Virus record (IMG/VR): IMGVR_UViG_3300045993_000425
Location: 32,001 to 96,000 of that record
Reading direction: 5' to 3' (one strand)
DNA: 64,000 nucleotides
DNA from: a virus
The notes beneath the pieces are model-generated. The model worked only from the letters and a program-made list of their open reading frames with translations, made no database searches and was not told the DNA's origin. This document shows positions 29,601 through 38,392 of this stretch, piece by piece (position 1 is the first letter of the stretch; each line of letters starts with the position of its first letter). The translations under genes and the position numbers were made by a program.

Positions 29601-31569
29601 AGGTCGACTTGACATCAGTGCCTAGAGCCGTGACATCAGCAGCCTCTGTCCCGGCCTCGACCAGGGTCAGGCTGTCGGCCCCCGCGATAGACCCAGTGGC
29701 CCCATTTGTCCCAGTCTCTGGGAAGGTTCCCTGCTCACTCGTGGTGCTAGAGGCGACGGCTGCAACAGTTCCTGCCTCGGTCAGGACAAGCTGGTCGGAC
29801 GAGGAGGTCGCTGAAGTCCCAGATACTATCCCCGACTCAACAGAGACGAGAGCATCGGCTGTCGCCTGGCTGCTTGTCGCTGCTGTCGACCCTGACTCAG
29901 CAGCCACCAGGGCATCGGACCCTGAGATAGCCCCAGAGGCAGAGACCGTTCCAGCCTCGACAGCTACCAGGACATCTGTTCCAGAGACTACGCCACCAGA
30001 AGCAAGTACCGTACCTACTTCGTTGAATGCCCCAGCGGTAGATTTGGTGTCGGTCCCGAGAGCCGTGACATCAGCAGCCTCGGTCCCGGTTTCAGTCAGA
30101 ACCTCTGCATCGCTCGAGGAGATAGCTCCAGATGCCGAAATCGTCCCAGACTCAGAGAGCAGGAGAGTGTCGGATGAAGTGGTAGCTCCAGTAGCTGAAA
30201 CCGTCCCAGATTCAGGTAGAAGGAGGCTGTCAGCGGCTGATACAGTTCCAGAAGCAGCCGTGGTTCCTGTTTCGCCCTCGAGGACCGAGTCTAGGGTCGC
30301 TTGAGTAGAACTGGCTCCTGTGGATCCTGACTCTGCTGCCTGACCGGCATCGCTACCGGCTGTAGTCCAGGCAGCCGACACAGTGCCAGAATCAGCCCAA
30401 GCCAGAGCTTCAGCACCAGCTACGGCACCAGAGGCTGCTACTGTGCCTGTTTCGTTCTCGGTTAGGCTCTCAGATGACGCTACCGCAACTGTCGCGGCTG
30501 TAGTCCCTGACTCGGCACCCTGAAGGGCATCCGAGCCTACACCTGTCCCATCAGCTAGGACAGTGCCGGTTTCGTTGAAGACACCTCCCGCAGTCTTGGT
30601 GTCAGTTGCTCCAGGTGTCCCTACGCTTGCTGCTACGGTTCCTGTTTCCGCGTATGCAGAGGCATCGGTGCCAGCCGAGGAGGCAGAGCCACCTACAGTA
30701 GAGGTTTCTGCTCCGACCTGGGCATCGCTAGCTGCCGTCGCCCCAGAAGCGGCAACCGTCTCAGTTCCAGCATTGGCTGCTGCGTCAGTTGCGGCAGAGC
30801 TCGAGGAACCACCAACCGTTCCGCTTTCACCTTGCTGGCCTGCGTCCGAACTGGTTCCCGTATTGCTCGCAGCAACTGTCCCTGACTCGCCCCAGTTTGT
30901 TGAGTCAGAAGAAGCGGTTGCTGCTGTAGCTGAATCGGTTCCTGACTCAACGACAAGGAACGAGTCGCTACCGGCTACCGCACCAGTGGCGGCTGTTGTT
31001 CCTGACTCAGCCCACTGCAAGGCTTCAGAGCCGACAATGGTCGCAGAAGCCCCTACAGTTCCTGATTCTACCCGTAATGTGGCATCGTTGGCTGCTACCG
31101 TCGCGGCTGCTGCGACAGTCCCCGTCTCGACCTCTACGAAGATGTCTGTGGCCGCCACCGTAGCTGCGCCAGGGACTGTTCCTGACTCAGCGTCTAGGAT
31201 GGCATCGAGAGCACTAGCCGCAAAAGCTGCGCCAGTACTACCTGAATCTGACCCAACTAAGGCACCTGAGTCGGTGATCCCTGCTGTTGCGGCTACGGTC
31301 CCAGACTCGCCCCTTACAGAGGCATCGGTTCCAGCCGATGAGGCGGAACCAGCTACAGTCCCAGACTCAGCAATGATGAATTGGTCGCTACCTGCTACGG
31401 AAGCCGCTGCTGATGCGCTACCTGATTCGCCATAGACAACGGCATCAGACGCTGCAACAGAAGCTGTCGCCGCTACTGAGCCTGGCTCTGAGTAGTTAAC
31501 GCCACCGCCAGCTGTACCAGCTAGGATGACAGCGGTAAATATGCCGCTTCTTTTAGGAAAGAAAGCCAA
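26611..31569 (-). CDS. 1652-aa Ala/Ser/Thr/Gly-rich repetitive fibre-like protein
   Basis: TTG start with AGGAGG RBS; about 22-aa E-(S/T)-G-T repeats, then R-S-G repeats. Confidence 0.8.
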   Translation of the reverse strand: MAFFPKRSGIFTAVILAGTAGGGVNYSEPGSVAATASVAASDAVVYGESGSASAAASVAGSDQFIIAESGTVAGSASSAGTDASVRGESGTVAATAGITDSGALVGSDSGSTGAAFAASALDAILDAESGTVPGAATVAATDIFVEVETGTVAAAATVAANDATLRVESGTVGASATIVGSEALQWAESGTTAATGAVAGSDSFLVVESGTDSATAATASSDSTNWGESGTVAASNTGTSSDAGQQGESGTVGGSSSSAATDAAANAGTETVAASGATAASDAQVGAETSTVGGSASSAGTDASAYAETGTVAASVGTPGATDTKTAGGVFNETGTVLADGTGVGSDALQGAESGTTAATVAVASSESLTENETGTVAASGAVAGAEALAWADSGTVSAAWTTAGSDAGQAAESGSTGASSTQATLDSVLEGETGTTAASGTVSAADSLLLPESGTVSATGATTSSDTLLLSESGTISASGAISSSDAEVLTETGTEAADVTALGTDTKSTAGAFNEVGTVLASGGVVSGTDVLVAVEAGTVSASGAISGSDALVAAESGSTAATSSQATADALVSVESGIVSGTSATSSSDQLVLTEAGTVAAVASSTTSEQGTFPETGTNGATGSIAGADSLTLVEAGTEAADVTALGTDVKSTSGVFNETGTVLASGGVVTGVDAVVQVEVGTNAASVAVVASDSYLENETGTNAATVSVAGVDSRVLGESGTVAASGSTAATDAGVGGESGTGPASGATSAADALALVESGTDAATATIAATDNRVLPESGTVSAVATAAATDAQVSSEPASVAASSNQTAVDATTLAETGTDAATFAVSATDIKGFIETGTVSAVSSQAASDASQRGETASVAASTSPTGSDILVGVDVGSVGASGASSGIDQTALTETGTTAATFSLVGLEAISGAESGTVSGQASVSGPDRLDEHEFGTNAASFLAVADDFSSVGYGEHASAAPTFTAVALDVGNFVDSGTEAASVSVAGVDSRILGEAGAVGAQAATASLDALSEAETATNAATVGVSNAEVATLSGSETVGAAANISVVEQVTRNERNYIAVDALATGVDLAILAGAESASSTATIVGVDDKIVGDTLTVAAQAVVNSTDVGHFVDLVSAVGVPQVAGSDGLVLGEFGSTPATATAIASDTITKPEQGVVAATATISSSDTVLRQEVGAVPAVATVVGLDSGLAITLGGRSGSAALRQGFILLATSEGPTTQLGSATIQLYLTTSYGSRRSASAQTTSRMLIQAEAGGVTTSEWINIATQRQNARSGKVEAGIPPERLASSLRSAAVTPEATKISGRAGFASALPWHSQTTARSATSSLQKVLMSGRSGGALPDLSGAPGRSGTANLIATQMAGRSSSALATAVKMAGRSGLASLLNLASLRRASTTQPQATGVYPRSGTVLPDAIRLAGRSGTVLQAVEGAVRSSRIANVDKPTISGRSGVTLPHTIDQLLGTAARSGRVLPGASTASFRSSSTTVNLSRTSGRSTIAVPQVAGKQGRSGSTVLEAYSTQVRSTTASGLVGNALAARSSTTLPSLPILQGSFAGRSGIIEPRGFGFSGRSGSGSALVQFVGTMGRASRTDLQVYQQPWRPTDVLFIASGWTEELLFDLLDESFIRQLDDDVWQVKQDPNQGC

Positions 31570-31587
31570 CCGTGCCTCCTCTCCGAA

Positions 31588-31594
31588 AGATTAG
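31588..31594 (-). promoter_or_regulatory. Putative late promoter variant CTAATCT
   Basis: Upstream of the RBS of start 31569. Confidence 0.45.
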
Positions 31595-31599
31595 GCTGC

Positions 31600-33111
31600 T
31601 TACGGACCTGCTTTAATCTCAATGGCTACCGTAGCCCACGGGTTCGTCGTGGGTGCTGACAATCCGCCGACGACCGTACCTGCGCTGGTAGCGGGGGTTG
31701 TGACTGTTTCGCAGGCATACGTCCACTGACCCGTGTCTTGGTCGGTCACCAGCAGGGTATTGCTCGATTCCGCAGTAGGAGGAGCACCTGCGTTGTGGTA
31801 TTTTGTGACCGTCAAAACGACAGATCCCGCCGCACTGACCGGCGTAGATAGCGACATGGTTCCCGTGGTGCCATTCGCGGAGTTATAGTTACCAAGAGAT
31901 GTGCTTGCGTTGTCGAAGATGTAGACTGATCCTTCACCCTTGAATGAGCTTCCGAATGTGACAACTTCTGCCGTTAGCGGCGAGCCGCCTACTAGCGCGG
32001 ACCAAAGATACGATTCCTCGAAGGTTCCACTGCCGACCGCTGTCGAGGTAACTGCCACCCAGGTCAGGTTTGCACTAGTTGGAACCATCGTGGTTGAGGA
32101 GACAGCTCCTGTGTTTGAGTATGTATACGTTAGATAAACCCTATCACCGGCAAGTGCGTTGAATGTCGTCTTATGGAATCCGGCAGTTTGACCTAAGTTA
32201 AGGCTGTGGTTGTTGGCGAGAGGAAAGCCTGTACGGACGGTTACGGACGCGCCCCCGCCGGAGCTTGCCTTTGCGATATTGAAGCCGCGACGACGGTAGC
32301 CGTTAGTTGGCGGGCCACCTAGAGCGAAGGTGCTATTGCCGCTCCCCACGCCACCACCACTCGAGTTGCCCGCCAGAACAATTTCAACCGCAGCCGCACC
32401 CATCGACGTGTTACCAGTCAGAAACGCGGCTAGGTCCGATGATCCGAACGTTACAGGCCCGGGCCCTGACGTGTTTGCGGTAAGCATGCCGGTAAAGCCG
32501 TAATGATCCGATGCGTTGTGACTAAACAAATAGGTTGTGTTTGCCAGCGGGTTGAGCGTGCCGCCACCTGTTGACGACGCGGCGGGGGCGGCCCACGCTC
32601 CCAGGAGCCAGTTATTGGCTGCGGTTGCGGTGATGGTCACATCCGCGTTGATCCTAGTGGTGCCGTTGCCCGTATTGGTCGAGGTTGCGCCAATCGGCGT
32701 TGATGTATTGTGCCCGGTGATCGCACCCACGGTGAAGTTTATTGCGTGACCTGCTGATGCGGCCAGGGTCAGCGTTATCACTTGACTAGTAATCGCGGTT
32801 GGGGCTGGCGCGGTCCAGATTTCAGCGGTGTTCCAGACGACCCCGCCGGTAGATCCAGGGGATGACACCCTCTTGGTCCACGTCAGGCCGCCACCAGAGA
32901 CGCTTGTGATACCGCTATTGCCTACCGCACTACCAAGACCTACTAGAGCGACTATGAGACGGTCAGTACCAGAGGTGGTAATAGTGACGAAACGACTAGA
33001 AGTGGCAACGCCAGCGTTCATACCTCCATCTAGCCACGAGCCGTCGAGAGCCAGAGCGGCGCGTGCCTCGTTGGCGAGCAGGAGTAGGAGGAGCGGGAGG
33101 ATGCGGCGCAT
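31600..33111 (-). CDS. Signal-peptide-bearing protein with two beta-rich fibre/adhesin-like domains
   Basis: MRRILPLLLLLLANEARA; two similar modules ending 'AAVEIV' and 'VAIEIK'. Confidence 0.7.
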   Translation of the reverse strand: MRRILPLLLLLLANEARAALALDGSWLDGGMNAGVATSSRFVTITTSGTDRLIVALVGLGSAVGNSGITSVSGGGLTWTKRVSSPGSTGGVVWNTAEIWTAPAPTAITSQVITLTLAASAGHAINFTVGAITGHNTSTPIGATSTNTGNGTTRINADVTITATAANNWLLGAWAAPAASSTGGGTLNPLANTTYLFSHNASDHYGFTGMLTANTSGPGPVTFGSSDLAAFLTGNTSMGAAAVEIVLAGNSSGGGVGSGNSTFALGGPPTNGYRRRGFNIAKASSGGGASVTVRTGFPLANNHSLNLGQTAGFHKTTFNALAGDRVYLTYTYSNTGAVSSTTMVPTSANLTWVAVTSTAVGSGTFEESYLWSALVGGSPLTAEVVTFGSSFKGEGSVYIFDNASTSLGNYNSANGTTGTMSLSTPVSAAGSVVLTVTKYHNAGAPPTAESSNTLLVTDQDTGQWTYACETVTTPATSAGTVVGGLSAPTTNPWATVAIEIKAGP

Positions 33112-33122
33112 TGGCGTGCTTC

Positions 33123-34400
33123 CTAGTTATCGCTCTCGCAGTACATCAAGATGAAGCTCATGCCGAAGTTTGCCGCAGAGCCATTCGCGCCGATGATGCG
33201 CGGGGCCAGGAAAGCCGTGCTGCTGGGTAGGTCAGTAACTGCGCTGATCGTCGTCGTGCAGGAGGCGATGTTCGCGTCGAGTCGCTTCAGCTCCAGTGAT
33301 GCGCTCGTGCTCGACTGTGCAGCGTAGATGGAGAGAGCGAACGTGCTGGTTGGGCTGTTCTTTGCGTAGTTCGCGCCGCAATCCACGCAGGTAGCGGGGC
33401 CGGTCGCGTCGTTGCCACAGAGTGAGATCGTAGTCGATGCGCTCGACCAGCTCGCGAACAGAGAAGAAGTTGCGTTGACGACAGCCTGCGTTCCAGACGG
33501 CGCGGCGATGTTGGTGGACAAGCCGATAAATGCCTGCGACGTGGATAGCGGGACGTGATTGATCCATCGAAACTGGCAGAAGAAGCCGCCCAGACCAGCC
33601 TGATCTCCTCGCCAGTTGGTTGCTGGAGACGAAACGTAAAGGCCGACAGGCGTGCCGTTGGTAGCGCCCGTGCTGTATGGAGCGCGCTTCGTTGACGATG
33701 CCATATTGCCGCCAGCGAACACAGGTGTCGCTGCCGTGCCCGTGAACGTAGAGGCCCAGCCGCTATCGCTTTTACCTGCCGATGCGCCCGTGGCGAGCGT
33801 GTAGCCGGAACCGTTAGACCAGATGGCTGGCTGCGCAAACTGATCGACGCCCGAGGGGGCCATCCATGCCATAAGTGCTCGGTTAGCTCGCGTCCTGGCG
33901 AACAACGTGACCCCGTTGCTGGGCGGGTTGGGGATGGGCGACGAAGGGATCGTCAGGTATCCTGCACCGTCGCTGGCTGCGTAGACGAGGCCGCCCAGAG
34001 AGCCGCCGCCCGCGTTGAACTGGACAGCGTTAGTAGAGCCGCCAGGAGCGGTGGCAATCGTGGCTCCTACTGTGCAGTCGGTCCTGGTAGACCCCGAGTT
34101 ATCAACGCAAGTGATACCAGCCCCGGTGAAGTTGAGGTTGGTTCTAGCCGTCAGCGAAACGGCCTCGTCCTGAATCGTGAGCCCGCCGCCGCTGCCGCCC
34201 GAAGACGAAGACGGGCTGGAGATCGTGAGGATGCCGCCCGTCAGCGAGCAGGTCGAGCTACCGGAGCAGTTGAGAACCGTCGCCGCACCGAGAGGAGTAC
34301 CCGCGTTCTGAGCCTGGAGCGGCATTTGCGAGACTCCCGCTCCGATCAAGATGACGGCTACTAGGGCTGTTAGTCCACCCGCTAGGAATGGTCGATTCAT
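33123..34400 (-). CDS. Signal-peptide-bearing tail-fibre-like protein
   Basis: Hydrophobic N-terminus; fibre motifs 'IQDEAVSLTARTNLNFTGAG' and 'PGGSTNAVQFN'; 10 Cys. Confidence 0.7.
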   Translation of the reverse strand: MNRPFLAGGLTALVAVILIGAGVSQMPLQAQNAGTPLGAATVLNCSGSSTCSLTGGILTISSPSSSSGGSGGGLTIQDEAVSLTARTNLNFTGAGITCVDNSGSTRTDCTVGATIATAPGGSTNAVQFNAGGGSLGGLVYAASDGAGYLTIPSSPIPNPPSNGVTLFARTRANRALMAWMAPSGVDQFAQPAIWSNGSGYTLATGASAGKSDSGWASTFTGTAATPVFAGGNMASSTKRAPYSTGATNGTPVGLYVSSPATNWRGDQAGLGGFFCQFRWINHVPLSTSQAFIGLSTNIAAPSGTQAVVNATSSLFASWSSASTTISLCGNDATGPATCVDCGANYAKNSPTSTFALSIYAAQSSTSASLELKRLDANIASCTTTISAVTDLPSSTAFLAPRIIGANGSAANFGMSFILMYCESDN

Positions 34401-34675
34401 TAGTAGGCTCCCAGGTAGTGGACGAGGATCGTCGGATTGGCCGGTGCCCCTTCATTGGCCTCAAATACTATCGACACTGTATCCTCGCGAAGGACTACCA
34501 GAGGGGGTGTAAAGCGAGTCATGCCGGTACACTGAAACGCGACACTGTCGACACCAGTCGCGACCTTCAGAGAACCATCTGCATCACCGCAGTCGATTGA
34601 GACAATGAGACGATCTGCTGATGGCAGGTTGTCAAATGGCTGCGCTGCACCTGGAATCCACTGTGCGATGCTCAT
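34400..34675 (-). CDS. Hypothetical protein
   Basis: Coupled in the operon. Confidence 0.6.
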   Translation of the reverse strand: MSIAQWIPGAAQPFDNLPSADRLIVSIDCGDADGSLKVATGVDSVAFQCTGMTRFTPPLVVLREDTVSIVFEANEGAPANPTILVHYLGAY

Positions 34676-34678
34676 GGC

Positions 34679-35752
34679 TTACCACTCCGTAATGCAGACG
34701 GTGACAGAAGTTCCCGTCTCAGAAATAAAGCTGACGGCACCCTTGTAGGTCGGATCAAGTGTGAACGACTGACCGGGCTCTAGTGGCATTTGCGTAGCTG
34801 TTGCTGTAGCGGCGAACGAGTAGCGAACGCGCACTGTGTTTGTGGAGAGCGAGGTCACGATTGCTCCCGCTCTAGTTCCGTTCACAGCCATCAGGTTGTT
34901 GCTGGTGGTTACCGCAGTGCATGTTCCTGTTTTGGTAGCGGCTACGGAGAAGGTCTGGTACATCAGCGTCCCGCTTGCGGAGCTTCCTCGCTGACGATCC
35001 CAAGTCGTTCCGTTGAAAACCATCCCATGTGACTCGACATCAACAGCCCCCGCAGTAGTAACCGCTTCAGCATCTGTATTGGTGCCACCACTATTGGTAC
35101 GCTCCCAGGTGGCCCCATTCCACGTCAGCAGGTAGGCACCGGCCTTTACTGCATCGGTTGGGTTGCCTAGAGCGTCACTCAACGTAGTCGCGCCGCCTGT
35201 TGTCCCAGTAACCGACACAGTGCCTGTGATCCCTACCGAGCCTGACACCACAGCGGTGCCGGTGGTCGCAATCGCCTGTCCACCCAAAATCCCCTGGATT
35301 GCGTTGCCAATAATAGTAATTGTAGTTGCGCTGATTGTCGAGGTGGCAGTTCCGCTCGTCACGGCTCCAGCTCTTACCCGACAGAACCTGGCTCCACCAC
35401 CAAGAGCAGCAGAAAGGTTGTATCCGGTTCCGCTAGCTGTTGCAGTGCTGGTAACTGCGTTTCCTGCGTAGTCAACCCATACTGTATTTGTCCAGACGTT
35501 TCCATCCATTGAGTAGTCTGTCTGAAGGACGCCAACTAGAGTAGAGCTGGTCGGTACTACCACTCCGCAGCCGTTCTCTCCAGCCAGGGCTACCTTGACG
35601 GTTGAGTTAGCAGCGCAGGCATTGATGGAGGCATCGGCGCAAGCCACAGATAAAGTCCCAGACACGATGACATCTGGTGTCTGAGTCGGGAGCGTAGCTG
35701 CCCAGGAGGGAGCCGCAAGCAAGGCAAGAAGGATGAGAAGTCTCAGTCGCAT
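34679..35752 (-). CDS. Signal-peptide-bearing virion-appendage-like protein
   Basis: MRLRLLILLALLAAPSWA; repeated 'WNGATWER'/'FNGTTWDR'; C-terminal small beta-sandwich domain; 6 Cys. Confidence 0.7.
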   Translation of the reverse strand: MRLRLLILLALLAAPSWAATLPTQTPDVIVSGTLSVACADASINACAANSTVKVALAGENGCGVVVPTSSTLVGVLQTDYSMDGNVWTNTVWVDYAGNAVTSTATASGTGYNLSAALGGGARFCRVRAGAVTSGTATSTISATTITIIGNAIQGILGGQAIATTGTAVVSGSVGITGTVSVTGTTGGATTLSDALGNPTDAVKAGAYLLTWNGATWERTNSGGTNTDAEAVTTAGAVDVESHGMVFNGTTWDRQRGSSASGTLMYQTFSVAATKTGTCTAVTTSNNLMAVNGTRAGAIVTSLSTNTVRVRYSFAATATATQMPLEPGQSFTLDPTYKGAVSFISETGTSVTVCITEW

Positions 35753-35758
35753 ATGTCC

Positions 35759-36001
35759 TCAATCGTTCAGAAATGCCCTAACCATCGTAGCCAGCGCAGC
35801 CCCACAAAGTGCCCCAACTAGATCGGCAAGGAAGTCAAGCGCACCTGGATCACCTTTGTGAAGCAGGCCATCCCAGAACACTTCCTTAAGTGCCCCTACT
35901 GTCAGTACCAACACAAAAGCAGGGATGGTGCCAATCTGAAGGGACAGCAACGCTACCAGACCGGCAGAGGCAGTGATATGCAATAGTTTGTCACTGGTCA
36001 T
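35759..36001 (-). CDS. Small VanZ/YfiM-like membrane protein
   Basis: 'DKLLH..LKE..D..DFLADLVG'; ATGA overlap with the upstream gene. Confidence 0.6.
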   Translation of the reverse strand: MTSDKLLHITASAGLVALLSLQIGTIPAFVLVLTVGALKEVFWDGLLHKGDPGALDFLADLVGALCGAALATMVRAFLND

Positions 36002-36546
36002 GGCAGCTTCTCCTTGATGTACTTGCCAATACCTGCCAGCAAAGCGAAGCCTAGAAGAATACCTACAAGCCAAGCCCACCAAGGGGGTCCAACCTTCAGT
36101 TCTTTGTGTAGTTCTTCGTGGTTGGTGCTTGTGGTGGCGAGCTCTACTCTGACCGAGCTAGTAGCTGATGCCTCGGTATGCTCTACCCGTCTCTCGACCT
36201 TTGCAGTCTCGAGGGGGCGTTCGATGCGCCTGATCTTGAGCTTCCCCATGACTGAGGAACCAGGAGTGCTAGTGGGAACCACAGAGACAGGCTGCGTAGA
36301 AGACTGGTTCCGCTCCCTAGCCTCTGCCTCGAGGATGGCAGCGATGACCTCTGGAGGCAATTCCGCCTCAGTTTCGGTGATCACCTCGACCGCAGGGGTC
36401 CTACGCTCCTCAGTGACCGTGCTGCTGGTAGATGTCTGAGCAACCGAGACGACTTCTGTTTGGGTCGACTTTTCATCTTGTTTGATTGTATCTTTGACGG
36501 TCGAACATGCCGCCAAGAGAACCAAACCGGCGACTAGGAGCCTCAT
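35998..36546 (-). CDS. Lipoprotein with C-terminal TM helix (unimolecular-spanin architecture)
   Basis: Lipobox MRLLVAGLVLLAA-C; C-terminal 'PPWWAWLVGILLGFALLAGIGKYIK'. Confidence 0.6.
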   Translation of the reverse strand: MRLLVAGLVLLAACSTVKDTIKQDEKSTQTEVVSVAQTSTSSTVTEERRTPAVEVITETEAELPPEVIAAILEAEARERNQSSTQPVSVVPTSTPGSSVMGKLKIRRIERPLETAKVERRVEHTEASATSSVRVELATTSTNHEELHKELKVGPPWWAWLVGILLGFALLAGIGKYIKEKLP

Positions 36547-36548
36547 AG

Positions 36549-36845
36549 CTACGACTCTTCCTCGACATACAGCACAGTTGCCGCAGCTGAGATGGCATAC
36601 AGGTCTACAGCTGGTCCCAGGGCTCGTTCCTCTGGGATACCAGCCTGCATCGGGTAGCCTGTAGAGGTAGTGACACCAAGAGGACCCAGATACACCTGGG
36701 TGTTTGTATCGTTTGACACTCCCCGCCACAGGAGTCGGCTAGCTAGGGGAACCCCAGAAGCTCCACTCCCGACCTTGGTAGCCGTGTTCGCTGCGAGGGA
36801 GATCTGGTTTGTTGCGACAGCCGTATTGGCGTATGGAGTCGTCAT
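36549..36845 (-). CDS. Small decoration-like beta-sandwich protein
   Basis: Paralogous pattern to 38072-38383 and to the C-termini of 34679-35752 and 41216-41653. Confidence 0.55.
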   Translation of the reverse strand: MTTPYANTAVATNQISLAANTATKVGSGASGVPLASRLLWRGVSNDTNTQVYLGPLGVTTSTGYPMQAGIPEERALGPAVDLYAISAAATVLYVEEES

Positions 36846-36848
36846 GGG

Positions 36849-37223
36849 CTAGCCGCCCGGTTTTGCCGATGTCAGAACAGCCGCCTTGACACCAGCCCAC
36901 CCACCACCCTGCGCCAGAGCCTCGAAGGTCGACTTACCGGCCTGACCTACTGCAATGACGCTGGTGTAGAAGCAGAGGCTGTCGAAGCTGCGAAGGTTGA
37001 ACTCGTTCCAACCCTTGTTTGTGCTGAACAAGTAGGAGGCGAGCAACATGGCGATGGAAGCCAGAGCAGTTACAACCGTCCGATACGCAGGAATGGCTGA
37101 CTGTTCAGGTGTCTCGATGACAACCTTGCTAGTTGGCGCAGTTGCCTGGGGGGCAGTTGCCTGGGGGGCAGTTGCCTGGGGGGCAGTTGCCTGCACCCCC
37201 GTATCGGTCGTCGTATCCGCCAT
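36849..37223 (-). CDS. Holin-like membrane protein with QATAP repeats
   Basis: Two hydrophobic segments; near the spanin-like gene. Confidence 0.45.
   Translation of the reverse strand: MADTTTDTGVQATAPQATAPQATAPQATAPTSKVVIETPEQSAIPAYRTVVTALASIAMLLASYLFSTNKGWNEFNLRSFDSLCFYTSVIAVGQAGKSTFEALAQGGGWAGVKAAVLTSAKPGG
37138..37193 (+). repeat. 15-bp tandem repeat GCAGTTGCCTGGGGG, about 3.7 copies (QATAP x4)
   Basis: Directly visible perfect copies. Confidence 0.95.
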
Positions 37224-37227
37224 ATTA

Positions 37228-37644
37228 CTAGCTGATGGAGATCGAGGTGATGTTCTCAGTCAGCGAGTCCGCAGTCGTTAGGCTGCGAGTCGCGGACAGA
37301 GCGCCCCAGCAGAAGATCTTGCCGGTGGTCCCAGAGGCAGTAGTGCAAACGAACCAGTGGGTGGCGTTCGTTAGCGTGATGCCGGTGCCCCACTGAACCG
37401 CCGCGCCCATGCTGAGAACACCAGCGCCGCTGATGGTAGCGTTGGCCGAGGTCCAGTTCTTTCGCGCATAGCCGCCAACCGTGGTGTGTTCGGTAATGGT
37501 GGCAAGCGTCGAGGTAGCAGTCGGGGCTACTGTAGCGAGTCCGACATATAGAGCGTCAGCAACGATGGTGCCGCCACCGGCAGTCGTCCCCTTCGCCAGC
37601 TGGTTGAGAAGAAATGCGCTGCCTTCTTGCGTAAAGTTAGCCAT
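37228..37644 (-). CDS. Small conserved phage fibre-associated structural protein
   Basis: 'LYVGLAT..P..EH..GGYARKNW..ATHWF..G..FCWGAL' family pattern. Confidence 0.7.
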   Translation of the reverse strand: MANFTQEGSAFLLNQLAKGTTAGGGTIVADALYVGLATVAPTATSTLATITEHTTVGGYARKNWTSANATISGAGVLSMGAAVQWGTGITLTNATHWFVCTTASGTTGKIFCWGALSATRSLTTADSLTENITSISIS

Positions 37645-37654
37645 CGGATCCTCG

Positions 37655-38059
37655 TTACAGGCTGGTCACTAGCATTGACCAGTTGCCGGTTGTCAAGTCA
37701 GAGATTACTGTTCCCAATAGTGAACCCGTAGATTGGTTGGTCAGTTTGACTAGCTGCCCAGGTGGAGTGCAGGTTCCGGTCACAGTAAAGGGTAGGAGAA
37801 CCTCCCCATTCGGAGGAGGACTTGTGATAGTGATTACTGTCGGAGTGGGCTGATCAACCGGCCAGCTAGCGGTTGGGCTGCTTTTCCAGTCAAGTTCAGA
37901 TGTTGCCGCTGCCCCACCAGCGAACCCGAACTCGCGAAAGACAACCCCATCAGAAGACGCAGCAGAAGCCGCAGCAGCAACGGTGTCATACTCAGCAAAA
38001 GTGGGAGTCGGATCGAGCAGTAGGAGTCTTGCTGCTCTCTCCTGGGAGGCACCAGCCAT
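37655..38059 (-). CDS. Small protein with E-x-x-T repeats and an Ig-like C-terminus
   Basis: Shares the repeat type of 26611-31569; 'ITITSPPPNG..TVTGTC..GNWS'. Confidence 0.55.
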   Translation of the reverse strand: MAGASQERAARLLLLDPTPTFAEYDTVAAAASAASSDGVVFREFGFAGGAAATSELDWKSSPTASWPVDQPTPTVITITSPPPNGEVLLPFTVTGTCTPPGQLVKLTNQSTGSLLGTVISDLTTGNWSMLVTSL

Positions 38060-38071
38060 CTAAGTCTCCGG

Positions 38072-38383
38072 CTATGACCACTCGCAGAGGATGAGGGCAG
38101 CCCCAGCAGACATGGGTCCGCTTTCGGTTCGAGCGTATACCGCACATTGCTGACCAGCTGGAACGATAGGTAGGGAGTCGCCCTTCATGACCTGGCGACC
38201 CTGATTCCAGGCCAGACCTGATGTCGGTGCGGTGCCGCTGGTGATCACGATCCCAACAGATTGAGTGGTATCGTTGTTCAGAACCTCAACATAACTGCGA
38301 GGATTCAGGGGTGTAATGTCAAGCTGCGTCCAGCCGGTACTGACAGCGGTCACCACTTCTGTTTGTTTGGATGCTGAACTCAT
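38072..38383 (-). CDS. Small decoration-like beta-sandwich protein
   Basis: 'PLNPRSYVEVLNN..G..GDSL..VYAR..CEWS'. Confidence 0.55.
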   Translation of the reverse strand: MSSASKQTEVVTAVSTGWTQLDITPLNPRSYVEVLNNDTTQSVGIVITSGTAPTSGLAWNQGRQVMKGDSLPIVPAGQQCAVYARTESGPMSAGAALILCEWS

Positions 38384-38392
38384 TCGACACCT

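Noticed and set aside
27338-31435. Plus-strand Ala/Val/Pro/Ser-rich ORFs
   Set aside because: Antisense reading of the repeat fibre gene
36547-36729. N-terminal extension of ORF 35998..36729
   Set aside because: Overlaps gene 36549-36845; the lipoprotein signal starts at ATG 36546
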